Shown here: one piece after another, positions 10,023 to 19,247 of the stretch | Position numbering within the stretch: the first letter of the stretch is position 1 | Layout of the letters: each line of letters opens with the position of its first letter | Origin: Chloroflexota bacterium | GTDB taxonomy: Bacteria; Chloroflexota; UBA11872; VXOZ01 | Reading direction: 5' to 3' | Length of the DNA: 64,000 bases | NCBI GenBank assembly: GCA_963662335.2 | Contig: CAXXVD010000002.1 | Coordinates: 96,001-160,000, forward strand | The notes under the pieces: model-generated | The model's input: the letters and a program-made list of their open reading frames with translations, nothing else | Told to the model about the DNA's origin: nothing | Databases searched by the model: none | Translations under genes and position numbers: made by a program

Positions 10023-12485
10023 CTACACATGACGGCGCTGATACACCGCCTCGATTTCCAGGTCGAGATCATCCGCCATGCGCCGCAGGTTGAAGCGCAG
10101 CCGCGTGTTTTGGTATGCGCCCCAAACCGTCATCGCCGGCGGCACCACCAGGATGGACACCACCAGCGAGTAGAGAATAGTAATCGCCGCCGTGATGGCG
10201 AATTGCTGGGATGCCAATTGCGGGGAGGCAATGAGCACGCCGATGCCAAGCCCCGTGGTCAGCGCGGAGCACAGCAGCGCCGATCCGGTGGTCGCCAGCG
10301 TCCGCACCGCCGCTCGCTCCGGATCGCGCTGGCGGCCGTATTCCTCCCGGTAGCGATGAATCATGTGAATGGTATAGTCTACGCCGATACCGATCGCGAG
10401 CGCCGTTATGATTGACGTGATGACGGTGTAGGGAATGTCCAGGAGCGCCATGGTGCCCAGCACCGAGATGAGGACGATGAAGGTGGGCCCCACTGCTATG
10501 ATCGCCAGCAGCGGCTGCCGCACGGTCAGCCAGAAGAAGATTGCCAGGACGCCAATGGCTACGGCGGCGGTCGTGCCGATGGACTGCGTTTGCCGTTCCC
10601 GGATCGCGTCCGCAACGGCGAAGGATACGATAGTCTCTGACGCCGCCGTAATGGCGTCGTCCTCGCCGGCCCACAGCCGCTTGATGTCCTCCTGGAGCAC
10701 GCGCGAGGCCGCGGGATCGCCCGTGTAGGCCGTAAACTGCATGAGCATAGCGTCCGGGCCTTCAGGGTTGATCGAGAGAACGCGAGCCAATGCGGGCTCC
10801 TGCGCCTGGAGCCTTTCCAGAAAGTCTCGCATCAGTTCCGCATCGAGTTCCACGCCGGCGGAGGCATTCTGGAAGAGCGTGGCCAGTTGCGGGTCGTACT
10901 TGTCGCCCGGCGCCCCGCTGTCGCTGATCCAGTCACGGAGCAGCAATTCGTACGATGCCTGAATCGGCCCCGCCGCCGCTGCCGGGCGGCGGTTTTCGTC
11001 CGCGAAAGCGGTGGTGAAGTCTTTCAGGTCCAGCAGCGTGCGAGTATCCGCGGCCTCGGCCCGCACGAGCACGCTGACCACTTCCGTTGAGCCGCCGATT
11101 GCCGTGTCGAGCGTCTCGATGTCTGCCATCACCGTGCCGTCGCCGGGCAGGAGATCGCGGACGCTGAATTCCGATCTGAGCCCCGTGGCCGCAAAGCCGA
11201 GGGCGACGGTCGCCACGGCCACGATGAGGAAGTAGGGAACGGGCGCGCGGGTGACCTCCCTCCCCAGCGCTGCCGCCGCCCGTTCCACGCCGGGCAACGC
11301 CGTCGCGAGCGGGCGCGCCGCCCGCAGGGAACCCCGGGCCTCCCGCCGCCGGTCCAGGATCGTCCGCCCGGCGGGGAGCAGCGTAAGCATTACAAGCAGG
11401 CTCAGGCCCACGCCCAACCCCGCGATGATGCCGAAGTCGCCGATGATATTGATTGGGGAGAACAGGCCGGCCAACAGACTTACAATCGTCGTGACCGCCG
11501 CCAGCAGCAGAGGGACGGTAACGTTGCGCAGCCCAAGCCGGACCGCCTCCACTACCGGTTCCCCGCCAACACGCTGCTCGCGGTAGTGCGAGACCGTCTG
11601 AATGGCGTAGTCCACCGTGAGGCCGATCATGATTATTGGCACCATGGCCGTGAGCGCGCTCGGCGGCCCGACAAGTCCCACTCCTTTCGGGCCGAGCAGG
11701 CCTTCGGCTCCGATGATCCAAATCAGGGCAATAAAAAGCCCCGCGAGCGTCAGCAACAGGTCTGAGAACGAGCGCATGAACAGCAGGAGCAGCGCCGCGA
11801 TGAGCAGAAACGCCACCCCTACCAGCGGCGCCATGCCGGTCTCCGTGGCCTCCCGGGCCTCGTCCTCGATTATCACAAAGGAGACGCTGCTCGCGCTAAG
11901 GGGGCCTTCATCGCCAACCGCGAGTTCGTAGATTCTGCGCTCGGCGCGCACGAGACGGTCGTCTTCCGTGTTGCGCAAGCGGATGCTGGCGATTGCAACC
12001 GGACTGGCGTCGGCGTCGCTGCCGGTCAGCGCGGCCAATGCCTCCCGGATGCCGGGGACGCCTTGAACGGTGTTGATCTGGTCCTGCGTGACCGCGTCGA
12101 GGTTGTCCGTTTGCAGCGCGGCCATCACCAGGGAGGAGGGCGCAATGATGGCATTGTCCGCCAACAGCAACTCCGCCACGGCCGGGTCGCCGGCGATGCG
12201 CTCGAGCAAGGCGGCCATTTGCCTGAGACCCACGGGCGTGAGCGCATCTCCGCGGAAGAGCAGGGTGACTACCCTGACTTCACCGGATTCTCCGAAGATG
12301 TCTTCGATTTCAGACATAGCTTTCGCAATGGCGCTCCCTTGGGGCAGCGCCTCCGCAGTTGCCGCCGGGGGCACGCGCAGCCCGGCGCCGGCGCCCAGCA
12401 GCACGGTAATGATGAGAAGGGTGAGGAGCGTAAGCCAGGGGCGAACCGTGACCAGCCAGCTCAAACCGCCAAGTAGGGTGTACAT
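10023..12485 (-). CDS. MMPL/RND family transporter, copy 2
   Basis: 820 aa, same motifs as copy 1 and collinear with it. Confidence 0.9.
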   Translation of the reverse strand: MYTLLGGLSWLVTVRPWLTLLTLLIITVLLGAGAGLRVPPAATAEALPQGSAIAKAMSEIEDIFGESGEVRVVTLLFRGDALTPVGLRQMAALLERIAGDPAVAELLLADNAIIAPSSLVMAALQTDNLDAVTQDQINTVQGVPGIREALAALTGSDADASPVAIASIRLRNTEDDRLVRAERRIYELAVGDEGPLSASSVSFVIIEDEAREATETGMAPLVGVAFLLIAALLLLFMRSFSDLLLTLAGLFIALIWIIGAEGLLGPKGVGLVGPPSALTAMVPIIMIGLTVDYAIQTVSHYREQRVGGEPVVEAVRLGLRNVTVPLLLAAVTTIVSLLAGLFSPINIIGDFGIIAGLGVGLSLLVMLTLLPAGRTILDRRREARGSLRAARPLATALPGVERAAAALGREVTRAPVPYFLIVAVATVALGFAATGLRSEFSVRDLLPGDGTVMADIETLDTAIGGSTEVVSVLVRAEAADTRTLLDLKDFTTAFADENRRPAAAAGPIQASYELLLRDWISDSGAPGDKYDPQLATLFQNASAGVELDAELMRDFLERLQAQEPALARVLSINPEGPDAMLMQFTAYTGDPAASRVLQEDIKRLWAGEDDAITAASETIVSFAVADAIRERQTQSIGTTAAVAIGVLAIFFWLTVRQPLLAIIAVGPTFIVLISVLGTMALLDIPYTVITSIITALAIGIGVDYTIHMIHRYREEYGRQRDPERAAVRTLATTGSALLCSALTTGLGIGVLIASPQLASQQFAITAAITILYSLVVSILVVPPAMTVWGAYQNTRLRFNLRRMADDLDLEIEAVYQRRHV

Positions 12486-12880
12486 GCCTTTTCCTCTATG
12501 CGATTAGAACGGTTGGGGAGGGCGGGGCCGCCTCCCGGAACTGCGCCGGCAACGCGCAGCGCGGCGGCACGTCGAACAAGCCCGTTACGCGCATCCCCGG
12601 CGGAGGCGGCCGCTACCCGTGCAATCCCTGCCGCTTACCCCGTATCTAGCTTGCCGTCAGCGCGGCTTTGCGGTCAACGACTCTGCCCTACGGGCCTTGC
12701 GGGGATGCGCGCCCAGCAACTCGTTGCTTGCGCCGGGCAGAGTCCTCACGCATCTAGCGCCCGTTCTTGGCGGAGAACCGCCCCTCTTGAGCCGGCAGTC
12801 GGGCCTCTGGCGCCGACTTGTCGAAATTCCTTTGCATATGCTAACCTTTGTGAAATCATCCATGTAAGGAGGGAGCCGTC

Positions 12881-13639
12881 ATGAGCGCAGAAACCGCATC
12901 CGTGCCAGCCGGAGCGAAAGCCGGCGGACTGGCCGTGATGGCGGGCATGGTTTCAACTATCGTCGCGGCTCTATTCTTCCCTGGAGGCCCGCTCATCGAC
13001 AGTGTGGACCAGACGGACTTTCCGGCCGCGGCCGCCGCCCTGGGCGCCAAACCCGAGTTGAGCCACGCGATGACGTTGCTGGTAATCTTAGGCATGCTAC
13101 TCTACTGCTTCGGCTTCGTCGAACTCTTGCGGCTGCGCGGGCGGGGAGCGGGCCTTTCCGCGGCCGTCCTGCGCTTTGGCATCTTGGCGAGCCTCTTCAG
13201 TTGGTGCGTATTCATCATTGGTATCGGCGTCAGGCACGGCGCAATCTACCTCATGGAACAGGGCATCCGCGCCGGCGATGGCACGGAACTGCAAGCGGAG
13301 TTCGCGGGCCTCGCCGTGGCCAGTCAAATCACCATGATGGGCGTGCTGCTGTCGTTCATGGTCGTGAATCCAATTGCGTCCGCGCTTGTTGGGATTGGCC
13401 TCGCGGCCCGGTTGAACAAGCCGGACATCTATTTGCTGGCTGCCTACGCGCTCATAATCATTGGACTGGGCGGGTTCGCCGGCGTGGCGCTGGCCTTGTT
13501 TCTCGCCGATACGAACGTCGCGGTGTTCCTCTCTATCAGCCAGGTATTCCTGTTCATTGGCTCGCTCTGCCTCTTTGTCATAGGCGCGGGAATGTACCGG
13601 GGCCGGCGCGAGTTCGTGGCCGAGGATGCCGCGAGCTAA
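12881..13639 (+). CDS. multi-pass membrane protein (DUF4386-like), paralog 3
   Basis: 252 aa; shares 'VDQTDF', 'ELLRLRG', 'ELQAEFA' and 'FLFIGSLCLF' with 3345-4103; AGGAGG upstream. Confidence 0.7.
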   Translation: MSAETASVPAGAKAGGLAVMAGMVSTIVAALFFPGGPLIDSVDQTDFPAAAAALGAKPELSHAMTLLVILGMLLYCFGFVELLRLRGRGAGLSAAVLRFGILASLFSWCVFIIGIGVRHGAIYLMEQGIRAGDGTELQAEFAGLAVASQITMMGVLLSFMVVNPIASALVGIGLAARLNKPDIYLLAAYALIIIGLGGFAGVALALFLADTNVAVFLSISQVFLFIGSLCLFVIGAGMYRGRREFVAEDAAS

Positions 13640-13815
13640 GTTTGGCTGCATCGCCAATCCTGCCGTCCGCGCTTGGCATTGGGAGCCGTCCCCCTATACG
13701 TCCGGCTGCGGGCGCTTGGGTCACCCGCCTGGCGCGGAGTCTACGTGGAAGAGCGCAGCCGGGCACGGCTCGGTTGGCTAATCTCCCTGATTGAGGCCGC
13801 GGTTGGCAGAGGCAG

Positions 13816-15066
13816 TCAGTCTTGCGAGAGAAGCCAGCCAAGCAGCGCGTCCGCGAAGGCGTCGCCGTAGGCGGGGCCGTGGCTGCTGCCGACGCCTTGC
13901 CAGAGTTCGATGGTGATGCCGGGGGCGCAGGACTCTTGCAGGCGGTAGGCGTGGGTTTCCGCGCCGGGCACGTGGCGGTCCAGGTCCAGAGTAGCGTAGG
14001 GTTGGGGATCATCGGGCCAGGCGCAGCCGGCGCGTTGACTCCAGCGCGTCACCATCTCCTGCGCGCCCGCGTAGAAGGCCCGTTTGCCGTCTTCATCCGG
14101 CTCGCCTTGGTCGCCCGCGTAGCGGATCACGTCGTCCGCCGTGCCGTGGATGTGCAGGACGGAGACGGGCGGCGCGCCGGCGCAGCTTGCGTCATCGACA
14201 TAACTCGTGCCGGCCAGGCTGGCCACCGCGCGCAGGCCGGGCAGGCCCTTGCACGCCAGGTGGTAGGCCATGAACCCGCCGTTGGAGTAGCCGAAGACGA
14301 AGACCGGGCCGAAGTCCGCGAGCTTGCGCGCGCCGGCTACCAGTTCCGTCAGATACGCCACGTCGTCCTCGCCGGACTTGCCGCCGTCACAGCACTCGTC
14401 GGTGGGGTTCCAGAAGCGGTCGCCCGCAGCGTCGCGGATGCCGTTGGGCAGCAGCAGCGCAAAGCCGTGGCTGTTCACGCGCTCATGCAGGGGCACGTAG
14501 GCGGCGTGGTCGGCGGCATTGCCGCCAAAGCCGTGCAGGGAGACGATCAGCGGCGTCTCGCCGTCAACGAATTTCTGCGGCGTCACCAAGACCGTGCGGT
14601 TCTTGCGTCCGGGATGGTCGACGTAGTGGACCTCGCCGCCGGCCGCCACCGCCAACTGGGCGGTTCGTTCCAGCACGGCGTCATCCGTTAGCGGTTCCCG
14701 CTTGTCCTTGTCCCACGCTTCCTGAGCGAAAAGGGCCGCTTCCGTTTTGGCGGCGGCGGCCTCGAGTTCCTCGATGCGGTCGTCGAGGCCGTCGACGCGG
14801 ACGTCGAGGTCGTCCGCGCGCTCGCGCAGAAGCGCGATTTCACGCTTGAGCTCGGCATTTTCATCCGCAAGGGCCGCCAGCGACTCTTCCAGGGCGCGCG
14901 TCTGCGCCGCCGGCGCGAGTACCCGCATACCTGCGGCAGAATCTTCGCCCAAGTCGGCGCACCCCAGCAGCGCGGCGGCCAGCAAGAAGCAGACGGCCAG
15001 CGCGCCAAGACGGCGCAGGGGATTCACGCCAAGAGGCGCCGGCGCGATAGGCTTCTCTATTGACAT
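13816..15066 (-). CDS. lipoprotein alpha/beta-hydrolase (PHB-depolymerase/LpqC-like esterase) with an N-terminal coiled coil
   Basis: Lipobox LLGC; 'SLHGFGG', 'GYSNGG' nucleophile elbow, 'HIHGTADD'. Confidence 0.8.
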   Translation of the reverse strand: MSIEKPIAPAPLGVNPLRRLGALAVCFLLAAALLGCADLGEDSAAGMRVLAPAAQTRALEESLAALADENAELKREIALLRERADDLDVRVDGLDDRIEELEAAAAKTEAALFAQEAWDKDKREPLTDDAVLERTAQLAVAAGGEVHYVDHPGRKNRTVLVTPQKFVDGETPLIVSLHGFGGNAADHAAYVPLHERVNSHGFALLLPNGIRDAAGDRFWNPTDECCDGGKSGEDDVAYLTELVAGARKLADFGPVFVFGYSNGGFMAYHLACKGLPGLRAVASLAGTSYVDDASCAGAPPVSVLHIHGTADDVIRYAGDQGEPDEDGKRAFYAGAQEMVTRWSQRAGCAWPDDPQPYATLDLDRHVPGAETHAYRLQESCAPGITIELWQGVGSSHGPAYGDAFADALLGWLLSQD

Positions 15067-15175
15067 TCTTTGTTTGCCTCTTCTACATTGTCGATTTGCC
15101 GTGCTTGCTAACCATTCGGGAGACCCTTGCGCAACCTTGGCGGTTACGTGAGGCTATGCCGCATTGGCGCAGCGG

Positions 15176-16444
15176 CTAGCCCGCGGCGCGGGCCGTCCGC
15201 AGCCGGGCCAGCGGCGTGTCGTTTATTGGCAGGTGGACTATGGCGGCAAACACGCCAAAGCCGACGCCCGCCCACCACATGGCGTCATAGGAACCGGTCT
15301 GGTCGTAGAGCATCCCGCCCAGCCACACGCCGAGAAAGCTGCCGACCTGATGGCTGAGAAAGACGATGCCAAAGAGCGTAGCCATGAATCGCAGCCCGAA
15401 GATTTGCGCCACGATGCCGGTGGTGAGAGGCACCGTGGAGAGCCACAGCAGTCCCATTGCCGCCGCAAAGAGGTATATCGTCAGTTCGGTGGCCGGGGCA
15501 AGCAGCAGCGCCAAGATGACGAACGCCCGCCCGGCGTAGATGAAGGAGAGGCCGCGATTCTTGGCGTGCCGTTGGCCGAACGCGCCCGACAAGAGAGAAC
15601 CGAGGATGTTGAACAGGCCGACAAGCGAGAGCGCGAACGCGCCCGCGCGCGCTGAGAGACCGAGGTCGGTGACGTACGTGGGGAAATGCGCGGTGATGAA
15701 CGCCACGTGAAAGCCGCACACGAAGAACCCCGCCGTGAGGAGCAGGTAACTGCGATGACGCATTGCCTCGCCCAAGGCGTCGGCCAGCCCCTGGTGCGAT
15801 GCCGGTTCCCCTTTGGCCGCCGTGCCGCGCGGCAGGCTGAACGCCAGCGGCACCACGACCAGAGCAACAAGAGACATGACCAAAAGCGAATCGAACCAGC
15901 CGTAGGTGGCGATCAAGGTCTGATTGATGGGCGAAAAGAGCACCTGGCCCATGGAGCCGGCCGCGGTGCCAAGCCCAAGCGTCAGTGAACGCCGTTCCGG
16001 CCCGATGATGCGGGCGATGGCCGCCAGCACCAGGGAGAACGAGCAGAAGGCTACGCCCAAACCAACCAGAATCCCGCCGGTCAGGAAGAGCGCCGGCCCG
16101 CTGTCCGCCAGCGCCATGCCGGCCACGCCGGCGGCGTACGCCGCCGCTCCCAGAGCGACGACTCTGGCCGTGCCGAACCGGTCGGCAACCGCGCCGGCCA
16201 CCGGCACGCCCAGGCCCCACAACAGGTTCTGCAGCGCCAAAGCCAGGGAAAAAGTCTCCCGCGACCAGCCGCGCGCCGTCGTCATCGGCTCCAGATAGAG
16301 GCCGAAACTGGAGCGGATGCCGAACCCGATGAGCGAGATGAGACACGCCGCCGCTATGACCGCAACAATGGCAGTGCGTCCGGGAGAGAGATTGGCAGTG
16401 GCCTGGCTCAAGGGATCGTGCTCTACGGCAACTCGATGTGGCAA
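15176..16444 (-). CDS. MFS transporter
   Basis: 'GAVADRFG' motif A, 'GFFVCGFH', about 12 TM. Confidence 0.9.
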   Translation of the reverse strand: MPHRVAVEHDPLSQATANLSPGRTAIVAVIAAACLISLIGFGIRSSFGLYLEPMTTARGWSRETFSLALALQNLLWGLGVPVAGAVADRFGTARVVALGAAAYAAGVAGMALADSGPALFLTGGILVGLGVAFCSFSLVLAAIARIIGPERRSLTLGLGTAAGSMGQVLFSPINQTLIATYGWFDSLLVMSLVALVVVPLAFSLPRGTAAKGEPASHQGLADALGEAMRHRSYLLLTAGFFVCGFHVAFITAHFPTYVTDLGLSARAGAFALSLVGLFNILGSLLSGAFGQRHAKNRGLSFIYAGRAFVILALLLAPATELTIYLFAAAMGLLWLSTVPLTTGIVAQIFGLRFMATLFGIVFLSHQVGSFLGVWLGGMLYDQTGSYDAMWWAGVGFGVFAAIVHLPINDTPLARLRTARAAG

Positions 16445-16713
16445 CGGACACGAGAGCGATGCAATGGCGTCCGTGAGACTACTCTGAAGCTAACTATACA
16501 CGCGGGGAGAGCGTGTCTGCAGTAGGGCGGCTGACGACGATCTGTATCGCTTCGGCGTGGCGTGCGGTCGGACGGCGCCGGACGCTGACAGGGCTGCCGC
16601 GCCGGTTCATTCGCGCCGCCGTTACCGATTACTCTTCAAGCTGCGCTTCACGTTGCGCTTCAAGCAGTGACGTCAGGAGCTAGCTGGGCGCAATCCGCTC
16701 AATTGAGTTGGGG

Positions 16714-17121
16714 CTACTCCTGGACAAAGGGATTCTGCAATTCAACCCCAAGCCGCTCGAAATCGCCCACATTCCGGGTCACCACGGTCAGCCGATGTAC
16801 CCTGGCGATTGCCGCGATCATAGCGTCTTCAGCCATTGTATCCGACCGGCGGTGCATGATCCGGGCCCATTCTCGGAAGGCGCGCGCATCCAGCGGCAAC
16901 ACCGCATAGGACGCGAGGACCTGGTCCAGCCAAACTTCCAACTCCTCAGCCTTAGCTTCATCCTGCTCACGGGTGATTTCGATCCCCGCCTGGATTTCCC
17001 CAACGGTCACTGCAGGGAGAAAAAGCCGTTCAGCCGGCACGGCGGCGATCCAGTCCAATACCGCGCCGTGTGGACATGGGCGCCGCAGTTCCGAGACCAC
17101 GTTGGTATCGAGAAGGTACAC
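16714..17121 (-). CDS. vapC: type II TA VapC/FitB PIN-domain toxin
   Basis: 'YLLDTNVVSEL...EDAMIAA...VVTRNVGDF'. Confidence 0.9.
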   Translation of the reverse strand: MYLLDTNVVSELRRPCPHGAVLDWIAAVPAERLFLPAVTVGEIQAGIEITREQDEAKAEELEVWLDQVLASYAVLPLDARAFREWARIMHRRSDTMAEDAMIAAIARVHRLTVVTRNVGDFERLGVELQNPFVQE

Positions 17122-17124
17122 GGC

Positions 17125-17385
17125 CTACTCCATAACCAAAGGCGGCCGGCGGCGGCGCGGTCGCCGGGGCGGCGTGAGAGCCTCGGTCCGCGCCTCGCGC
17201 GCGAGCAGGAGTTCCTTTAGGTCCGGCCGCGTCAGCGTCTCCAACCTGCGCCACTGCTCGATGGGAAGGAGCACCGCGGTCTCCACCCCACGCCTGGTGA
17301 CGATTTGCGGCCCTTCGGCGAGGGCGGTATCGAGGAGTTCGCTGAATCTTGACTTGGCATCTTGAACCGGCCATTTCTTGCTCAT
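17125..17385 (-). CDS. Phd/YefM family antitoxin
   Basis: 'WPVQDAKSRFSELLD...GPQIVTRRG'; 3 nt upstream of vapC. Confidence 0.9.
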   Translation of the reverse strand: MSKKWPVQDAKSRFSELLDTALAEGPQIVTRRGVETAVLLPIEQWRRLETLTRPDLKELLLAREARTEALTPPRRPRRRRPPLVME

Positions 17386-17489
17386 ATCTTGCTCCCAACA
17401 AGATGCTTCTGACTAGTTATCAGACTAGCCTGATTGGACGCAGATGTCAAGGAAAGAGACGAGAGCCCAAGAGTGGCGCGACCCTATCC

Positions 17490-17882
17490 TTAGTCCAGCC
17501 CCGCTACGCCGTCGATTTCCACCAGCCAGTCTTCTGAGGCCAGCGAGGATACCTCCACCAGGGTAGTGGCTGGGTAGGGAGGCACAAGGACTTCGCGGCG
17601 CACCTTGGTAATGGTCTCGCGGAAGCGGATGTCGGTGACGTAGATGTTCAGGGCAACGACGTTCTTGAACGTGGCGCCGGCGGCTTCCAGGACGGCTTGG
17701 ATGAGGCCGAACACGTGGCGCGTCTGCGCTTCGACGTCGCCCGCGCCCACCACGTTGCCGTCCGCGTCCGTTGGCACCTGGCCGGCGATGTAGAGCGTCT
17801 CTCTGGCTTGCACGCGGATGGCGACCGAGTAGGGCACGTCCGGCTGCGTCATGCCTGCGCCGACGACGAGTTCTTTCTTCAT
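17490..17882 (-). CDS. Rid (YjgF/UK114) family protein, copy 1
   Basis: 'LYIAGQVP...PPYPATTLVEVSSL...LVEIDGVA'. Confidence 0.88.
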   Translation of the reverse strand: MKKELVVGAGMTQPDVPYSVAIRVQARETLYIAGQVPTDADGNVVGAGDVEAQTRHVFGLIQAVLEAAGATFKNVVALNIYVTDIRFRETITKVRREVLVPPYPATTLVEVSSLASEDWLVEIDGVAGLD

Positions 17883-18010
17883 GGCGGGTGCTCCTCTCCC
17901 AGGATTGGTGATGCCAAGGCCGGTCACTCAAGGGGCAGTATAGACCCTGCGCCGGCCTTATCCAAAGTGCGGCGGCGGCCCCGGGAGAGGTGTGCAATTC
18001 TGTTGCTCCG

Positions 18011-18034
18011 GCGGGGGACAAGCCCCCGCGCTAC
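18011..18034. repeat. REP-like palindrome family B (GTAGCGCGGGGGCTTGTCCCCCGC)
   Basis: Other copies at 23346-23369, 25609-25632, 28124-28147, 28370-28393, 39147-39170; split copy at 25437-25665. Confidence 0.85.
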
Positions 18035-18125
18035 GGTAGCGCGCTGGCGGAGGACAAACCCCAGTGCGGTCGCATTTGAGGAGGATTGGTGTCAAATGCG
18101 TGCCTTGAAACGTAGGCATAACGGC

Positions 18126-18153
18126 GTAGGGGCACGACATGTCGTGCCCCTAC
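18126..18153. repeat. REP-like palindrome family A (GTAGGGGCACGACATGTCGTGCCCCTAC)
   Basis: Other copies at 20279-20306, 25762-25789, 48219-48246, 49536-49563, 52465-52492; variant at 58891-58918. Confidence 0.9.
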
Positions 18154-18205
18154 GCCGTTATGCCAATGCCGCTATCAGACCATACGTTGGAAGAACGTGA
18201 GTTGC

Positions 18206-18598
18206 CTAGTCCAGCGCCGCGATCGCGTCGATCTCCACCAGCCAGTCGGCGGACGCCAAGGAGCCGATTTGCACCATGGTGGCGGCCGGGAAGGGCGGCT
18301 TGAGGATTTCGTTGCGCACCAGGGTGATGGTCTCGCGGAAGCGAATATCGGTGACGTACATGTTCATGAAGACCACGTTGTCGAACGTCGCGCCGCCCGC
18401 CTCCAGTAGCGATTGGATGTTGGCGAACACCTGGCGCACCTGCGCTTCGATGTCGCCCGCGCCGACGATGCTGCCGTCGCCGGCCGTCGGCCCTTGGCCG
18501 GCGATGTAGAGCATCTCGTTGGCTTGCACGCGCAGGGCCATCGAGTACGGCGCGGCAGGCTGGGACATGCCCGCGCCCAGGAGGGGTTCTTTCTTCAT
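18206..18598 (-). CDS. Rid (YjgF/UK114) family protein, copy 2
   Basis: Collinear tandem paralog of 17490-17882; has its own TTGGAG-N17-TATAAT promoter. Confidence 0.88.
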   Translation of the reverse strand: MKKEPLLGAGMSQPAAPYSMALRVQANEMLYIAGQGPTAGDGSIVGAGDIEAQVRQVFANIQSLLEAGGATFDNVVFMNMYVTDIRFRETITLVRNEILKPPFPAATMVQIGSLASADWLVEIDAIAALD

Positions 18599-18839
18599 TG
18601 CTTGTTCTCCTCGTTATCTGTGGGAACGTGGCGGTTGCTTTGCGCCACGGGCATTATAGCCGCTGCGCCGCCGTTCTCCAAGAGCGGCAGGCAACGGCTG
18701 CGCGCCGCGTTACGCGCACCGACGCTCGTCCAGGCGGCGCCATAGCAAACGGCAGCACAGATTCAAGCCACCGGGAATCTGGACATACGTTGCGGCTAGT
18801 CATATACTTTGTCCATATTTGGAGGCTTTGGGGGAGAGC

Positions 18840-19064
18840 ATGAAAGAGATTGAGGCCGCGAAATTCAAGGAACAGTGCTTGGCGCTGTTGGACAGTTTGG
18901 ACGCCGACGGGCTGATCATCACGAAGCGCGGCAAGCCCGTAGCGCGCGTTCTGCCCTGCGACGCCAATGACGGCGACCTCATTGGCAGCCTGGAGGGACG
19001 GCTTAACATCAAGGGGGACATATTCACCACCGGAATCCGCTGGGACGCAGAGGGTCAACCTTGA
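18840..19064 (+). CDS. Phd/YefM family antitoxin
   Basis: 'MKEIEAAKFKEQCLALLD...IITKRGKPVARV'. Confidence 0.85.
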   Translation: MKEIEAAKFKEQCLALLDSLDADGLIITKRGKPVARVLPCDANDGDLIGSLEGRLNIKGDIFTTGIRWDAEGQP

Positions 19065-19182
19065 CGCGCGTATCCTCATATTCGCATGCAACGGCGAACG
19101 CGAGGTAAGCGAAGAGCGTCTGGTGGCGCGTTATATCGCCCGTCGGCAGCGCACGCAGTCGGGAAGAAGGCAAGTAGGCTAA
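19045..19182 (+). pseudogene. truncated VapC-type toxin remnant
   Basis: Overlapping frame reads 'VNLDARILIFA' (PIN start, LNLDTHILI-like); ACG where an ATG is expected; stops after about 45 codons. Confidence 0.55.
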
Positions 19183-19247
19183 CAAGGATATAATCACTCG
19201 AGCGAAGCGGACGCTAAGAGCGTTCGCATCAAGGAGGAGGCATAGCC

